Shown: positions 54,246 to 61,874 of the stretch, in pieces
How positions within the stretch are numbered: position 1 is the stretch's first letter
How the letters are laid out: each line of letters begins with the position of its first letter
Origin: a virus
Taxonomy: Duplodnaviria; Caudoviricetes
Virus record (IMG/VR): IMGVR_UViG_638276472_000001
Location: 14,297-78,296 of that record
Reading direction: 5' to 3' (one strand)
DNA length: 64,000 nucleotides
Notes under the pieces: model-generated
Seen by the model: only the letters and a program-made list of their open reading frames with translations
Database searches by the model: none
Told to the model about the DNA's origin: nothing
Program-made: the position numbers and the translations under genes

Positions 54246-54524
54246 TCACACCACCTTGATTTGTTCGGGTCGGAAGAAGCGGTCCAGCTTCCTCCCCTTG
54301 CGTCCACCTACGAAAGCCAGCGTCACCGCGCCGGTCTCCGTGTTCACCTCCGCGTACTGGAAGGTGAAGAGTTCCGCGTGCTTGCCCTTGGCCGTGCGTA
54401 CACGTACCTCAGTGCCACGCTCCAGCACTTTCTTGCCCAGTCGGTAGGAATCGTGCCGCTCCCACCCTGGGCGCTCCACGAGGGGCTTGTAGCGCTTGGG
54501 TCCGATGGTTGACTTGACGTTCAT
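54246..54524 (-). CDS. hypothetical protein
   Basis: SD AAGGGG, MNVKSTIG... Confidence 0.75.
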   Translation of the reverse strand: MNVKSTIGPKRYKPLVERPGWERHDSYRLGKKVLERGTEVRVRTAKGKHAELFTFQYAEVNTETGAVTLAFVGGRKGRKLDRFFRPEQIKVV

Positions 54525-54525
54525 G

Positions 54526-54771
54526 TCAGTTCCCCTTCTCTGCCTGATTGATGATGCTGATGTAGTAGTTGATCTTCGCTTGCACGTCGGACTCTCCGAC
54601 TGCCTTGATCGCGGCCACGTCGTCCTCGTCCCAGTACTCACCCGGTTCGGGGTAGAACACGTGCGACTGCGGTTCGTGCTCGAAGACTTCGGGGTCGATC
54701 TTCCCCTGGTCCACTTTCTCGTGAACCGCATCCATCAGTGCGTTCAGGATGATGTCTTGTGCTGCGCTCAT
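54526..54771 (-). CDS. hypothetical protein
   Basis: SD GGAGA, MSAAQDII... Confidence 0.75.
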   Translation of the reverse strand: MSAAQDIILNALMDAVHEKVDQGKIDPEVFEHEPQSHVFYPEPGEYWDEDDVAAIKAVGESDVQAKINYYISIINQAEKGN

Positions 54772-54859
54772 TTCTCCATTCCTTTCTAACCTGTTGCCTC
54801 TCAACAGATTTGGAAGTACCCCACCTGAAATAGCATGGGGTACAACCAGACTCATTGAG

Positions 54860-55018
54860 TCAGCGGGTACGCATCCGACCGTTGGTCTTGGTCAGTCGTA
54901 CCTTCTCGGCTTCCCTCTTCGTGCGACGGAAGCCCACCCACACACGACGTGTGGAGTTGACGTGGTACACGTGGTAACCCTGGCCACGCCCGCCCTTGAT
55001 CTCGTAGTTTCCGTTCAT
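54860..55018 (-). CDS. small hypothetical protein
   Basis: SD GGAGGAA, MNGNYEIK... Confidence 0.6.
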   Translation of the reverse strand: MNGNYEIKGGRGQGYHVYHVNSTRRVWVGFRRTKREAEKVRLTKTNGRMRTR

Positions 55019-55238
55019 CCGATCTTTCCTCCCATCCATGCCCTGAGGGGGAACCACAGGGACACCATCACCATGACCACGTAGCCCGTAGTCACTGCTC
55101 TTCCTTCCATGCGTCGATGCCCTCAACCTTGAGGTTGTTCACGATGGCATCGGCTTGCGTGCGACTCAGCCCAGTTGAAATGAACGCGGGCCTACCGTCT
55201 TGGCCAGTGATCCATACTTCGTACATCGTTGTCTCCCT

Positions 55239-55460
55239 TCAGAAGTGGGGATGCTCAGTGATGAACTCCGCCACCATCTTTCGTTTCTTCCATGTCCTCC
55301 GGATGATCGTGATGCCGAAGGTGGTGCCAAATGAGTTGATGGACACCGGGATTGAATCTGTCTCCACGAATGTCCATCCACGCTTCACGAACCAGTGCGT
55401 CGGGTCGTTGAGCTTGCGCCACATCATGCGCTTCTCACCCTTGAACAGGACTTCAGACAT
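55239..55460 (-). CDS. hypothetical protein
   Basis: TAATG overlap. Confidence 0.65.
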   Translation of the reverse strand: MSEVLFKGEKRMMWRKLNDPTHWFVKRGWTFVETDSIPVSINSFGTTFGITIIRRTWKKRKMVAEFITEHPHF

Positions 55461-55798
55461 TAGCTGCAATCCCATTCCGGGTGACCCGTGTATCGGATCT
55501 CCACGGCACCGGCACCGGGCATGCCGTAGTCACCGAGTGGTGCGTAGGCGTATTCCTCGTCCATATCCCCATTCCAGTACAGGGTCCCTGTGTAGTAGAG
55601 GATCTTGTCGTCGTCGTACATCCGGAACTGTGCATGGTGTTCGTAGTTGTGCGCCAACTCTTTTCGTGTGTCGTCGTAGTTGTCTGCTGCTGTGGTGTTC
55701 GCATCACGCGGTCCCACAACACCTTTGGCATCAGACAGGAAGTCATATGCCGGGTCGTACAGGTGATCCTTGTCGATGATCCATGCATAGTCAGACAT
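55460..55798 (-). CDS. hypothetical protein
   Basis: FRMYDDDKILYYTG motif, SD AGGGAG. Confidence 0.8.
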   Translation of the reverse strand: MSDYAWIIDKDHLYDPAYDFLSDAKGVVGPRDANTTAADNYDDTRKELAHNYEHHAQFRMYDDDKILYYTGTLYWNGDMDEEYAYAPLGDYGMPGAGAVEIRYTGHPEWDCS

Positions 55799-56006
55799 GA
55801 AGTGCTCCCTTCACCAGTTCCCGTGCTGACCGGTCGAGCTTGAGGTACGGCTCGAACTGTTCGGGCAGGTATTCGCGGCGGTCGAAATCGGTTATGCCAT
55901 CGTCCACAACGTAAGCCCATTGCTGGCTGTAGTTCAGCCAAACCCACAGTGTGCCTTGAGCATCCACCACAACCTCGTCGTCTATGGACACATCGATTGC
56001 CTTCAT
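55791..56006 (-). CDS. hypothetical protein
   Basis: Coupled ORF, MKAIDVS... Confidence 0.7.
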   Translation of the reverse strand: MKAIDVSIDDEVVVDAQGTLWVWLNYSQQWAYVVDDGITDFDRREYLPEQFEPYLKLDRSARELVKGALHV

Positions 56007-56260
56007 CAGTACCCCTTTCTGAGTACGTCCATGTGCATTGCTGTTGCTGTCTTCAATGCACGCTTGATCCCATCTCTCTTGTGCACCAACCGAATTGGTA
56101 CCTCTGCACCTGCACCATGCAGGTACCACCAACCATCATCACAGGTGACCCAGTGCCCTTCGCATCTCCATTCATTGATGGAATGCCGAAACCATTGCCA
56201 CCCACCGATATACAGCGAGTGGTTCAGGTAGTCGGGCTTGGGGTACGGCTTGGCCCACAT
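56006..56260 (-). CDS. hypothetical Trp-rich protein
   Basis: TGATG overlaps. Confidence 0.7.
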   Translation of the reverse strand: MWAKPYPKPDYLNHSLYIGGWQWFRHSINEWRCEGHWVTCDDGWWYLHGAGAEVPIRLVHKRDGIKRALKTATAMHMDVLRKGY

Positions 56261-56664
56261 CAGCTGTAGTGCCGATCACCTTGGTAGACATGGGAACCCG
56301 CGATGGTTTCCACTGTCACCCAATACGTTTCTTCACCGTCCACCTCCCGCAAAAAATCCTCCGGCAGGTTGCGTGACTCCAGCCACTCCAGTTCCGCCGC
56401 GCACTGACGGTTGAACTGATCCTTGGCTTCCGCTGTCAGGACTTCTGCGAGTTGACGCACGTCGTCCTCTAGGGCACGCGCCTCTTCCTCCGTGTTGACC
56501 TTGTGGTAGGCCACCAGTTCGGTGTCGCGCCCCCACCACCCACCTTCCTCCGGACCTCCATAGAACGGAACGTCACGGTAAAGGCTTACGAAGTAAGCAC
56601 TTTCGGCAGGCTTGGCATCCTTGATGATGGAGAAGAACGCATCCTTGATGGTCTTGTCACTCAT
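56260..56664 (-). CDS. hypothetical protein
   Basis: YGGPEEGGWW motif. Confidence 0.8.
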   Translation of the reverse strand: MSDKTIKDAFFSIIKDAKPAESAYFVSLYRDVPFYGGPEEGGWWGRDTELVAYHKVNTEEEARALEDDVRQLAEVLTAEAKDQFNRQCAAELEWLESRNLPEDFLREVDGEETYWVTVETIAGSHVYQGDRHYS

Positions 56665-56711
56665 TGTTCTCTCTCTTCCTGTTGTGGCGCAGTGCTTTTC
56701 ACTGCACCTCG

Positions 56712-56752
56712 TGCGCTGCCTGGGAGTCGAACCCAGGTACACCATTCAGCGC
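56712..56752 (-). ncRNA. mini tRNA-like element (acceptor plus T arm)
   Basis: GCGCTG-AATGGTGTA-CCTGGG-TTCGACT-CCCAGG-CAGCGC-A. Confidence 0.7.
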
Positions 56753-56765
56753 TCCCTCTATTCAG

Positions 56766-56990
56766 TTATCCAGCGTCGATATATCCCATTGGCCCATCGA
56801 AGTACCCATCATGGTTGTGCGGAATCAGAGGGTGTACCTCGTCTCTGTGGAATGCTGCCCGCTCGCCCTCATCGAATACCACGACGACGTTGGCCCACGT
56901 GGAATTGCCCAGGATGTTGCTGACGGTTCCAACCCCGCGACCGTGGACGACGACACGCTGGCCACGGTAATGCGTTGCGACTGGGTACAT
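56766..56990 (-). CDS. small SH3/KOW-like hypothetical protein
   Basis: GQRVVVHGRGVGTV, SD GGAG. Confidence 0.7.
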   Translation of the reverse strand: MYPVATHYRGQRVVVHGRGVGTVSNILGNSTWANVVVVFDEGERAAFHRDEVHPLIPHNHDGYFDGPMGYIDAG

Positions 56991-56991
56991 T

Positions 56992-57171
56992 TCAGAACTC
57001 CGCTTTCTCGATGGTCTTGTCTTCAACACGAATGATCTTGCCTCCCACGTTGATTCGCATTGCGTAGTCCGGTAGCACCTGGACCACGCGTCCGAATCGC
57101 GTTCGACCCGTGCGCTCATCCTTGAATGACACGAAGTCACCCGTGATGATGGACGCTGTGTTGTTGGACAT
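56992..57171 (-). CDS. small SH3/KOW-like hypothetical protein
   Basis: GDFVSF...GRVVQV, SD AGGGAG. Confidence 0.7.
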   Translation of the reverse strand: MSNNTASIITGDFVSFKDERTGRTRFGRVVQVLPDYAMRINVGGKIIRVEDKTIEKAEF

Positions 57172-57270
57172 GCTCACTCCCTGTTTGTTGTTGCGGCCCA
57201 AGACTTTTGAGCTCGCGATAATTTTGCAGAACTCTTTATAACCACTGCCGTGGCCATTTTCGGCCTATTT

Positions 57271-57585
57271 CTAGGCCGCCCAGACTCGCCCCCGGTTATC
57301 CAGTTTGGCGTACTGCGAGTACCTGACCGGAAAAGGACTGTCCGGTAGTTTGACAGTCTTACCATCGAAAGTCAGACTCTCCCAATCGATTTCGGGAGCT
57401 GATTCAGCTTCGAGTCCGGCGATGATCATGTGACCCTTGTGATGGACACGGAACTCTGGTGCGTGCAGCACCAATTCGCGGACAAACCTGGGTTGCTTTC
57501 CACGTTGGATTACCACCCAGGTATTGCCACGCGTATTCCGTTCCACAACGACTACGGGCACACGTGTCCCGTTGTTGCCTGACAA
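57271..57585 (-). CDS. hypothetical protein
   Basis: TTG start after GGGAGAGAA. Confidence 0.7.
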   Translation of the reverse strand: MSGNNGTRVPVVVVERNTRGNTWVVIQRGKQPRFVRELVLHAPEFRVHHKGHMIIAGLEAESAPEIDWESLTFDGKTVKLPDSPFPVRYSQYAKLDNRGRVWAA

Positions 57586-57632
57586 CAATTCTCTCCCTTC
57601 CATTGCTGGCCAACACGTTTGGTTGACCTAGT

Positions 57633-57683
57633 GGACTGTGGCACGTTTGAAGTGCCTTACCACCCAGGATTTGGGTACAGTCC
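57633..57683 (-). ncRNA. 51-nt tRNA-like three-way junction (class I)
   Basis: GGACTGT-ACCCA aatcc TGGGT-GGTAA-GGCAC ttcaaac GTGCC-ACAGTCC. Confidence 0.75.
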
Positions 57684-57692
57684 TCCCCTGGC

Positions 57693-57974
57693 TCACATCA
57701 GGGATTCAATGGCCCATGGATCGGACCAATTGATGTGCTGAACCTCAGCGTCATATGAACCCGCAACGGACGCAACGTGATACGCATTGCCATTGATCAG
57801 AACCGTTGTGGTGTACCGATATTCGCGCGGCAACCATTCCGTACGGACGATGGCATATCCGTGACGTGTGAGGACACGTTCACGATGAATCAGCCTGACC
57901 GGAGACACACTGATCCCGTGGTAGGGAAGTGAGTCCAGAGTAGGCAGACTGATGGCGCTGGCTGAATTCTGCAT
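57693..57974 (-). CDS. hypothetical protein
   Basis: SD AAGGAGAG. Confidence 0.75.
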   Translation of the reverse strand: MQNSASAISLPTLDSLPYHGISVSPVRLIHRERVLTRHGYAIVRTEWLPREYRYTTTVLINGNAYHVASVAGSYDAEVQHINWSDPWAIESLM

Positions 57975-58024
57975 TTCGATTCTCTCCTTATTCCATTGCA
58001 GGACAACCAATCTGATGTCCCAGC

Positions 58025-58058
58025 GCTATGCGAGTTTGGCCTAGTTCCCTCGCATAGC
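58025..58058 (-). ncRNA. 10-bp hairpin with conserved 14-nt loop (class III)
   Basis: GCTATGCGAG-GGAACTAGGCCAAA-CTCGCATAGC. Confidence 0.65.
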
Positions 58059-58066
58059 CTTGTGCC

Positions 58067-58342
58067 TCAAGCGATTTGAGACTCGCCTAACACCTTGCAT
58101 CCGTAGCACAATGACCCGTCCCCCGTGAGGAACAGTTCACCCATGGCGTACTCATGTGCGCAGTGATCACACAACAACGTGTCACCTTCCCTCAGCACAT
58201 CACTCTCACTGATGGTTTCTGATGGCTCAACGTTGATCTGAGGGACGAACCTGGGCACCACGGTGCGACGCCGACCCCAGGCACTACGCGTATGTCTGCG
58301 GCGGGCACGGAAGGTCAGCATGATCGTTTCGTTCACTTCCAC
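58067..58342 (-). CDS. hypothetical protein with CxxC...CxxC
   Basis: CDHC...CYGC. Start position uncertain. Confidence 0.7.
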   Translation of the reverse strand: MEVNETIMLTFRARRRHTRSAWGRRRTVVPRFVPQINVEPSETISESDVLREGDTLLCDHCAHEYAMGELFLTGDGSLCYGCKVLGESQIA

Positions 58343-58605
58343 ACCTCCACAGCGTGGCGCATTGCGCGCGTACCAACTTCGATCATCGTCCGTTTGGCAT
58401 GCTCATCGTCCCCAGGTGAGTAGTACTCACCATGGGCAACGTTCACGCGTCCCACGGCAGGGTCGGAGCTGGCCATGGTCACCACGTACCGATATCGGTT
58501 GGTGTGGTACCCGTGTCCCATGCTCCATGCGCGGGAGACGATCAGACGGAACTTACCGTCAGTCTTCACGTACGTATCGTCTGTTTCCGCAACATGTTTC
58601 GACAT
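58333..58605 (-). CDS. hypothetical protein
   Basis: SD GGAGAG. Confidence 0.75.
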   Translation of the reverse strand: MSKHVAETDDTYVKTDGKFRLIVSRAWSMGHGYHTNRYRYVVTMASSDPAVGRVNVAHGEYYSPGDDEHAKRTMIEVGTRAMRHAVEVWK

Positions 58606-58652
58606 TTCTCTCTCCATTCTCATTGTTGGCCAACGTGTTTCATTGGCCTAGC

Positions 58653-58686
58653 TCCCTAGTGGTTTGACCTAGTTCCCCACTAGGGA
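58653..58686 (-). ncRNA. 10-bp hairpin with conserved 14-nt loop (class III)
   Basis: TCCCTAGTGG-GGAACTAGGTCAAA-CCACTAGGGA. Confidence 0.65.
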
Positions 58687-58693
58687 TATCGGA

Positions 58694-58945
58694 CTACTCC
58701 GACATGATGCGTAGCGCTGCGAGCATGCCATCTACGAAGGTGGCCGCTTCCCGCAACGTGTCCGTGTAGAGCAACACGGTAATTCCCCCGTGTTCACTCA
58801 CCACGCGTTGAATCTGCACGGTGCCCATGGCGCGGTACAGCCGGATTGACCCAACAGTGTTGTATTCAACGTGGGAGAATCCCAATTTCCCGTTGAGTAC
58901 AGCCAACTTGGCATCCACAATTCGCCCAGTGATTCGATGCGCCAT
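58694..58945 (-). CDS. hypothetical protein
   Basis: SD GGAGAG, MAHRITGR... Confidence 0.75.
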   Translation of the reverse strand: MAHRITGRIVDAKLAVLNGKLGFSHVEYNTVGSIRLYRAMGTVQIQRVVSEHGGITVLLYTDTLREAATFVDGMLAALRIMSE

Positions 58946-58990
58946 TGTTCTCTCCATTCTCATTGTGAGGCAACGGGATTGCTGCCTAGT

Positions 58991-59041
58991 GCCCATGGGT
59001 ACGTTTGAAGTACCTAACCGGACACGTTGTGTCCCATGGGC
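58991..59041 (-). ncRNA. 51-nt tRNA-like three-way junction (class I)
   Basis: GCCCATG-GGACAC aac GTGTCC-GGTTA-GGTAC ttcaaac GTACC-CATGGGC. Confidence 0.75.
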
Positions 59042-59050
59042 TTTCACGTT

Positions 59051-59416
59051 CTACTTGTGATAGAACGCGTAGTCGGAATTCAGCCAGGGAAGCGTGCGAC
59101 CGTCACGGTACCGGAATTCCATGCTCCCATTCTTGATACCGACATGAATGCCAGTGTTAGCGAACAGAATTCGATCCAAACGGTTCGCTGTGGTACGTGT
59201 GACGTACCCACCATTGCTGACCCAGGTTTGCCGCGAGGACACGATGGCAATCACTGTGTTGTGATGCCTGACTTCAATTGCTGGCACGGGCACTGCATGT
59301 CCCTCTGTCGTCTCTCGCACCCAGGTTGCATAGGCAATTTTCACCCAGGTACGGGAACCGTTGGCCAGCGCGTGAAGGTTGGCATATGTCATCGCGGGAA
59401 GCTGAAGGTTCGTCAT
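59051..59416 (-). CDS. hypothetical protein
   Basis: NGGYVTRTTANRL motif family, SD AGGAGAG. Confidence 0.8.
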   Translation of the reverse strand: MTNLQLPAMTYANLHALANGSRTWVKIAYATWVRETTEGHAVPVPAIEVRHHNTVIAIVSSRQTWVSNGGYVTRTTANRLDRILFANTGIHVGIKNGSMEFRYRDGRTLPWLNSDYAFYHK

Positions 59417-59460
59417 TTTTCTCTCCTATTCCATTGGGGCTCAACGGATTTGAGCCTCGT

Positions 59461-59511
59461 ACCCATGGGCACGTTTGAAGTGCCTTACCGGACGCATTGC
59501 GTCCCATGGGT
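59461..59511 (-). ncRNA. 51-nt tRNA-like three-way junction (class I)
   Basis: ACCCATG-GGACGC aat GCGTCC-GGTAA-GGCAC ttcaaac GTGCC-CATGGGT. Confidence 0.75.
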
Positions 59512-59522
59512 TTTCGGTTGAC

Positions 59523-59843
59523 CTAGCGGTTCAACCATTCTTCGTACTGCGCTTCAAGCTCTTCAAACCTCAGCCGCGCGGCGAAGTTGCTTCCGTACGT
59601 TTCGATGAACACCAGACCATCAGTGTTCTCACGCACCACGAAGGACCCTGTGAGTTCATCGTCCGAAACGTCACCATAGGTTTCGATCTCTTCCTCGAAA
59701 GCATCACGGATACTGGCCAACTCAGTCGGAAGGTTGGTGACATATGCGAAGTGTCCCGTGGGGGACTCAACGTCACCGGAGCTTGCAGTGAACCAGCCGC
59801 CGGAAACCATTGCGACGAAAAGGTTCTCGATTGCAGTCTTCAT
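59523..59843 (-). CDS. hypothetical acidic protein
   Basis: SGDVESPTGHF motif, SD AGGAGAG. Confidence 0.8.
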   Translation of the reverse strand: MKTAIENLFVAMVSGGWFTASSGDVESPTGHFAYVTNLPTELASIRDAFEEEIETYGDVSDDELTGSFVVRENTDGLVFIETYGSNFAARLRFEELEAQYEEWLNR

Positions 59844-59889
59844 TGTTCTCTCCTATCCCATTGCGAGACAACCGATTTGGTGTCTCAGT

Positions 59890-59940
59890 ACCCATGGCTA
59901 CGTTCGAAGTAGCTGACCGGACGCTAAGCGTCCCATGGGT
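59890..59940 (-). ncRNA. 51-nt tRNA-like three-way junction (class I)
   Basis: ACCCATG-GGACGC tta GCGTCC-GGTCA-GCTAC ttcgaac GTAGC-CATGGGT. Confidence 0.75.
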
Positions 59941-59949
59941 TTTCGTTAT

Positions 59950-60225
59950 TTACTTGTGAGTGACCCCGACACTGACGAACACGCTCCGGTAAACGTCACC
60001 GTACTGATCAGCGCGTCCGGACTTCACAATGTGAAGGCTGAACTGTTGTCCCCCAACGTATTTGCGCGCTTTGGGGTACATTTCCGCGAGCCGTTCCGTT
60101 TCCTCGTCAGACCGCTTCAGCGCTGCGGGCAACGTGTCGAAGGTACCCAACACGTAGCTTCGCTGAACCTCAGCGTCCGGATGGCCCACGGTCTGGTCAA
60201 TCTCCCACAGTGTCACTTTGAACAT
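59950..60225 (-). CDS. hypothetical protein
   Basis: SD GGGAGG. Confidence 0.75.
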   Translation of the reverse strand: MFKVTLWEIDQTVGHPDAEVQRSYVLGTFDTLPAALKRSDEETERLAEMYPKARKYVGGQQFSLHIVKSGRADQYGDVYRSVFVSVGVTHK

Positions 60226-60226
60226 T

Positions 60227-60511
60227 TCAGTAGTCCTCCCCTGCGAAGTGAACAGTGATGTACGCGTGAATGGTTTCCTGCCCGATGGTCGAACCTTCCT
60301 GTGTCGGTTGACCATTCACGTACAACGTTGCGTTTTTCAGTCCGAACATTTCGATGACCGTACTCACCACTTGAGTAGGTGACATCATTTGACCACCGAT
60401 ACCGCCCAACATGAATGTTGGTGTCTCCAGTACCTTTGATGTGGTGCGTGCATTCTTCGTCTGAATCGTCTTGTAAACACGGACATCCACGTAGTGATTA
60501 CCGAAATTCAT
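60227..60511 (-). CDS. hypothetical protein
   Basis: SD AGGAGAG. Confidence 0.75.
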   Translation of the reverse strand: MNFGNHYVDVRVYKTIQTKNARTTSKVLETPTFMLGGIGGQMMSPTQVVSTVIEMFGLKNATLYVNGQPTQEGSTIGQETIHAYITVHFAGEDY

Positions 60512-60558
60512 TGTTTTCTCTCCTATCCTTTGTGCGGCAACGTGTTTCGTTACCCAGT

Positions 60559-60618
60559 GTCCCGTGTTGCTTCGATGGCCTACCACCCACACATACGAAA
60601 TGTGTTGTGGCACGGGAC
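60559..60618 (-). ncRNA. structured element class II
   Basis: GTCCCGTG/CACGGGAC closing stem, CCAC..GTGG arm, TAGGCCATCGAAGCAA. Confidence 0.6.
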
Positions 60619-60630
60619 CGTTGCTTGTTG

Positions 60631-60894
60631 TTACCAGTGAACGAAGATTGGTTCCAGCACGAAATTTCCACGATGGTCACGTTCGGGAAGCTCTCGCACC
60701 CAACCAAGGTATGCGTCAAAGAACACGGTAGGCCATGGGACCTCGTGCCCATTGTCATCATGCAGTTGGTGCTTCCCCGTGAAATTGGGAGGCACTTCGT
60801 TCGTGATGTCATACGCCTCGTCCCCATATCCCAGGTCGGACGGTTCTACCTCGTCCCAGGCGGGGGATACGCGCTTCACAGCAAGCTTGATCAT
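60631..60894 (-). CDS. hypothetical protein
   Basis: SD AGGAGAG. Confidence 0.75.
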   Translation of the reverse strand: MIKLAVKRVSPAWDEVEPSDLGYGDEAYDITNEVPPNFTGKHQLHDDNGHEVPWPTVFFDAYLGWVRELPERDHRGNFVLEPIFVHW

Positions 60895-60943
60895 TTGTTC
60901 TCTCCTATCCTTGTGTGTGGCAATCCATTTCGGATTACCTAGC

Positions 60944-61001
60944 GCACTGTGTTGCTTCGATTGCCTACCACCTACACATGAAATGTGTTGTGGCACAGTG
61001 C
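60944..61001 (-). ncRNA. structured element class II
   Basis: GCACTGTG/CACAGTGC closing stem, CCAC..GTGG arm, TAGGCAATCGAAGCAA. Confidence 0.6.
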
Positions 61002-61009
61002 TTGATGCT

Positions 61010-61303
61010 CTACTTTGCGTAGAGTTCTTTGACCGCCAATTGCATGTCATCCAACTTTTGTCTCGTCTCCCATACTTCGCCTTCGAAGGTGGGCATGAAG
61101 ACTAGATACAGTGCCCGCCATGCACCTTCGATCTCGGTGGCACGCGTTTTGATCGCCGCACGTGAATCGTAGGAAGGGTGATCTTTGAAAGCTCGCACAC
61201 GGTCTACCAGGAAGCGCGCTTCCGTGTGGATGTGGGAAAGCATGGCGTGCAGTGCTTTGGCATCTTCGTGCTGGTCCAACTTGGCATCACTTGACTTCAG
61301 CAT
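61010..61303 (-). CDS. hypothetical protein
   Basis: SD GGAGAG. Confidence 0.75.
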   Translation of the reverse strand: MLKSSDAKLDQHEDAKALHAMLSHIHTEARFLVDRVRAFKDHPSYDSRAAIKTRATEIEGAWRALYLVFMPTFEGEVWETRQKLDDMQLAVKELYAK

Positions 61304-61350
61304 TTGTTCTCTCCATTCTCATTGTGAGGCAATGCGTTTCATTGCCTAGT

Positions 61351-61401
61351 ACCCATGGTCACGTTCGAAGTGACTGACCGGACACGTTGTGTCCCATGGG
61401 C
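61351..61401 (-). ncRNA. 51-nt tRNA-like three-way junction (class I)
   Basis: GCCCATG-GGACAC aac GTGTCC-GGTCA-GTCAC ttcgaac GTGAC-CATGGGT. Confidence 0.75.
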
Positions 61402-61408
61402 TTTCGGA

Positions 61409-61591
61409 CTAGCTGAAGCTATGTCCATACTCTTGATCGCTTGCGTAGTCTGTCCATCCTGCGATGAACGCGTTGACCTGGGTTGAACCGTGACGTTCTT
61501 CGAACCTCGTCTCAGCCGCACCCAGGTCATAGGTGGTTGTACGTTTGGACGCGTCCCAACCTTTGCGGTAGGCCTGACTTGCGTTGATCAT
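61409..61591 (-). CDS. hypothetical protein
   Basis: AYRKGWDAS...AFIAGWTD (Rmf-like repeat pattern). Confidence 0.75.
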   Translation of the reverse strand: MINASQAYRKGWDASKRTTTYDLGAAETRFEERHGSTQVNAFIAGWTDYASDQEYGHSFS

Positions 61592-61621
61592 TTCTCTTGT
61601 CTCCCTTGTGTGTTGGGTAAA

Positions 61622-61834
61622 TCAGTGAGTGTAAAAATCCGAAATGTCTTGAAGCGCATCACGTTTGGTGTAAACGGGATCGAATTGCAGCTGACCTTCC
61701 ATATCAGTGATGTACCAAAGCCATTCACTCCCCCAGTCGGCGGGGGATTGCTTGTGCTCGATACGGAAGTAGTGCGAAGGTGTGGTCACGTCGTATAGGC
61801 CAGCGCGAACACGCTTCACGATCATATTCTTCAT
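61622..61834 (-). CDS. hypothetical protein (first gene of leftward operon)
   Basis: SD AGGGAGG, RAGLY...W...YTKRDA motif. Confidence 0.8.
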   Translation of the reverse strand: MKNMIVKRVRAGLYDVTTPSHYFRIEHKQSPADWGSEWLWYITDMEGQLQFDPVYTKRDALQDISDFYTH

Positions 61835-61874
61835 TTCGTCCTCCCTTGTGGCGCAACGTGTTTCGTTGCTTCGT

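Noticed and set aside
57633-61401. Repeats read as a CRISPR array
   Set aside because: The intervening sequences are 350-1400 bp protein-coding genes, the repeats covary structurally, and no cas operon is present. The Cas4-like nuclease is a standard phage exonuclease.
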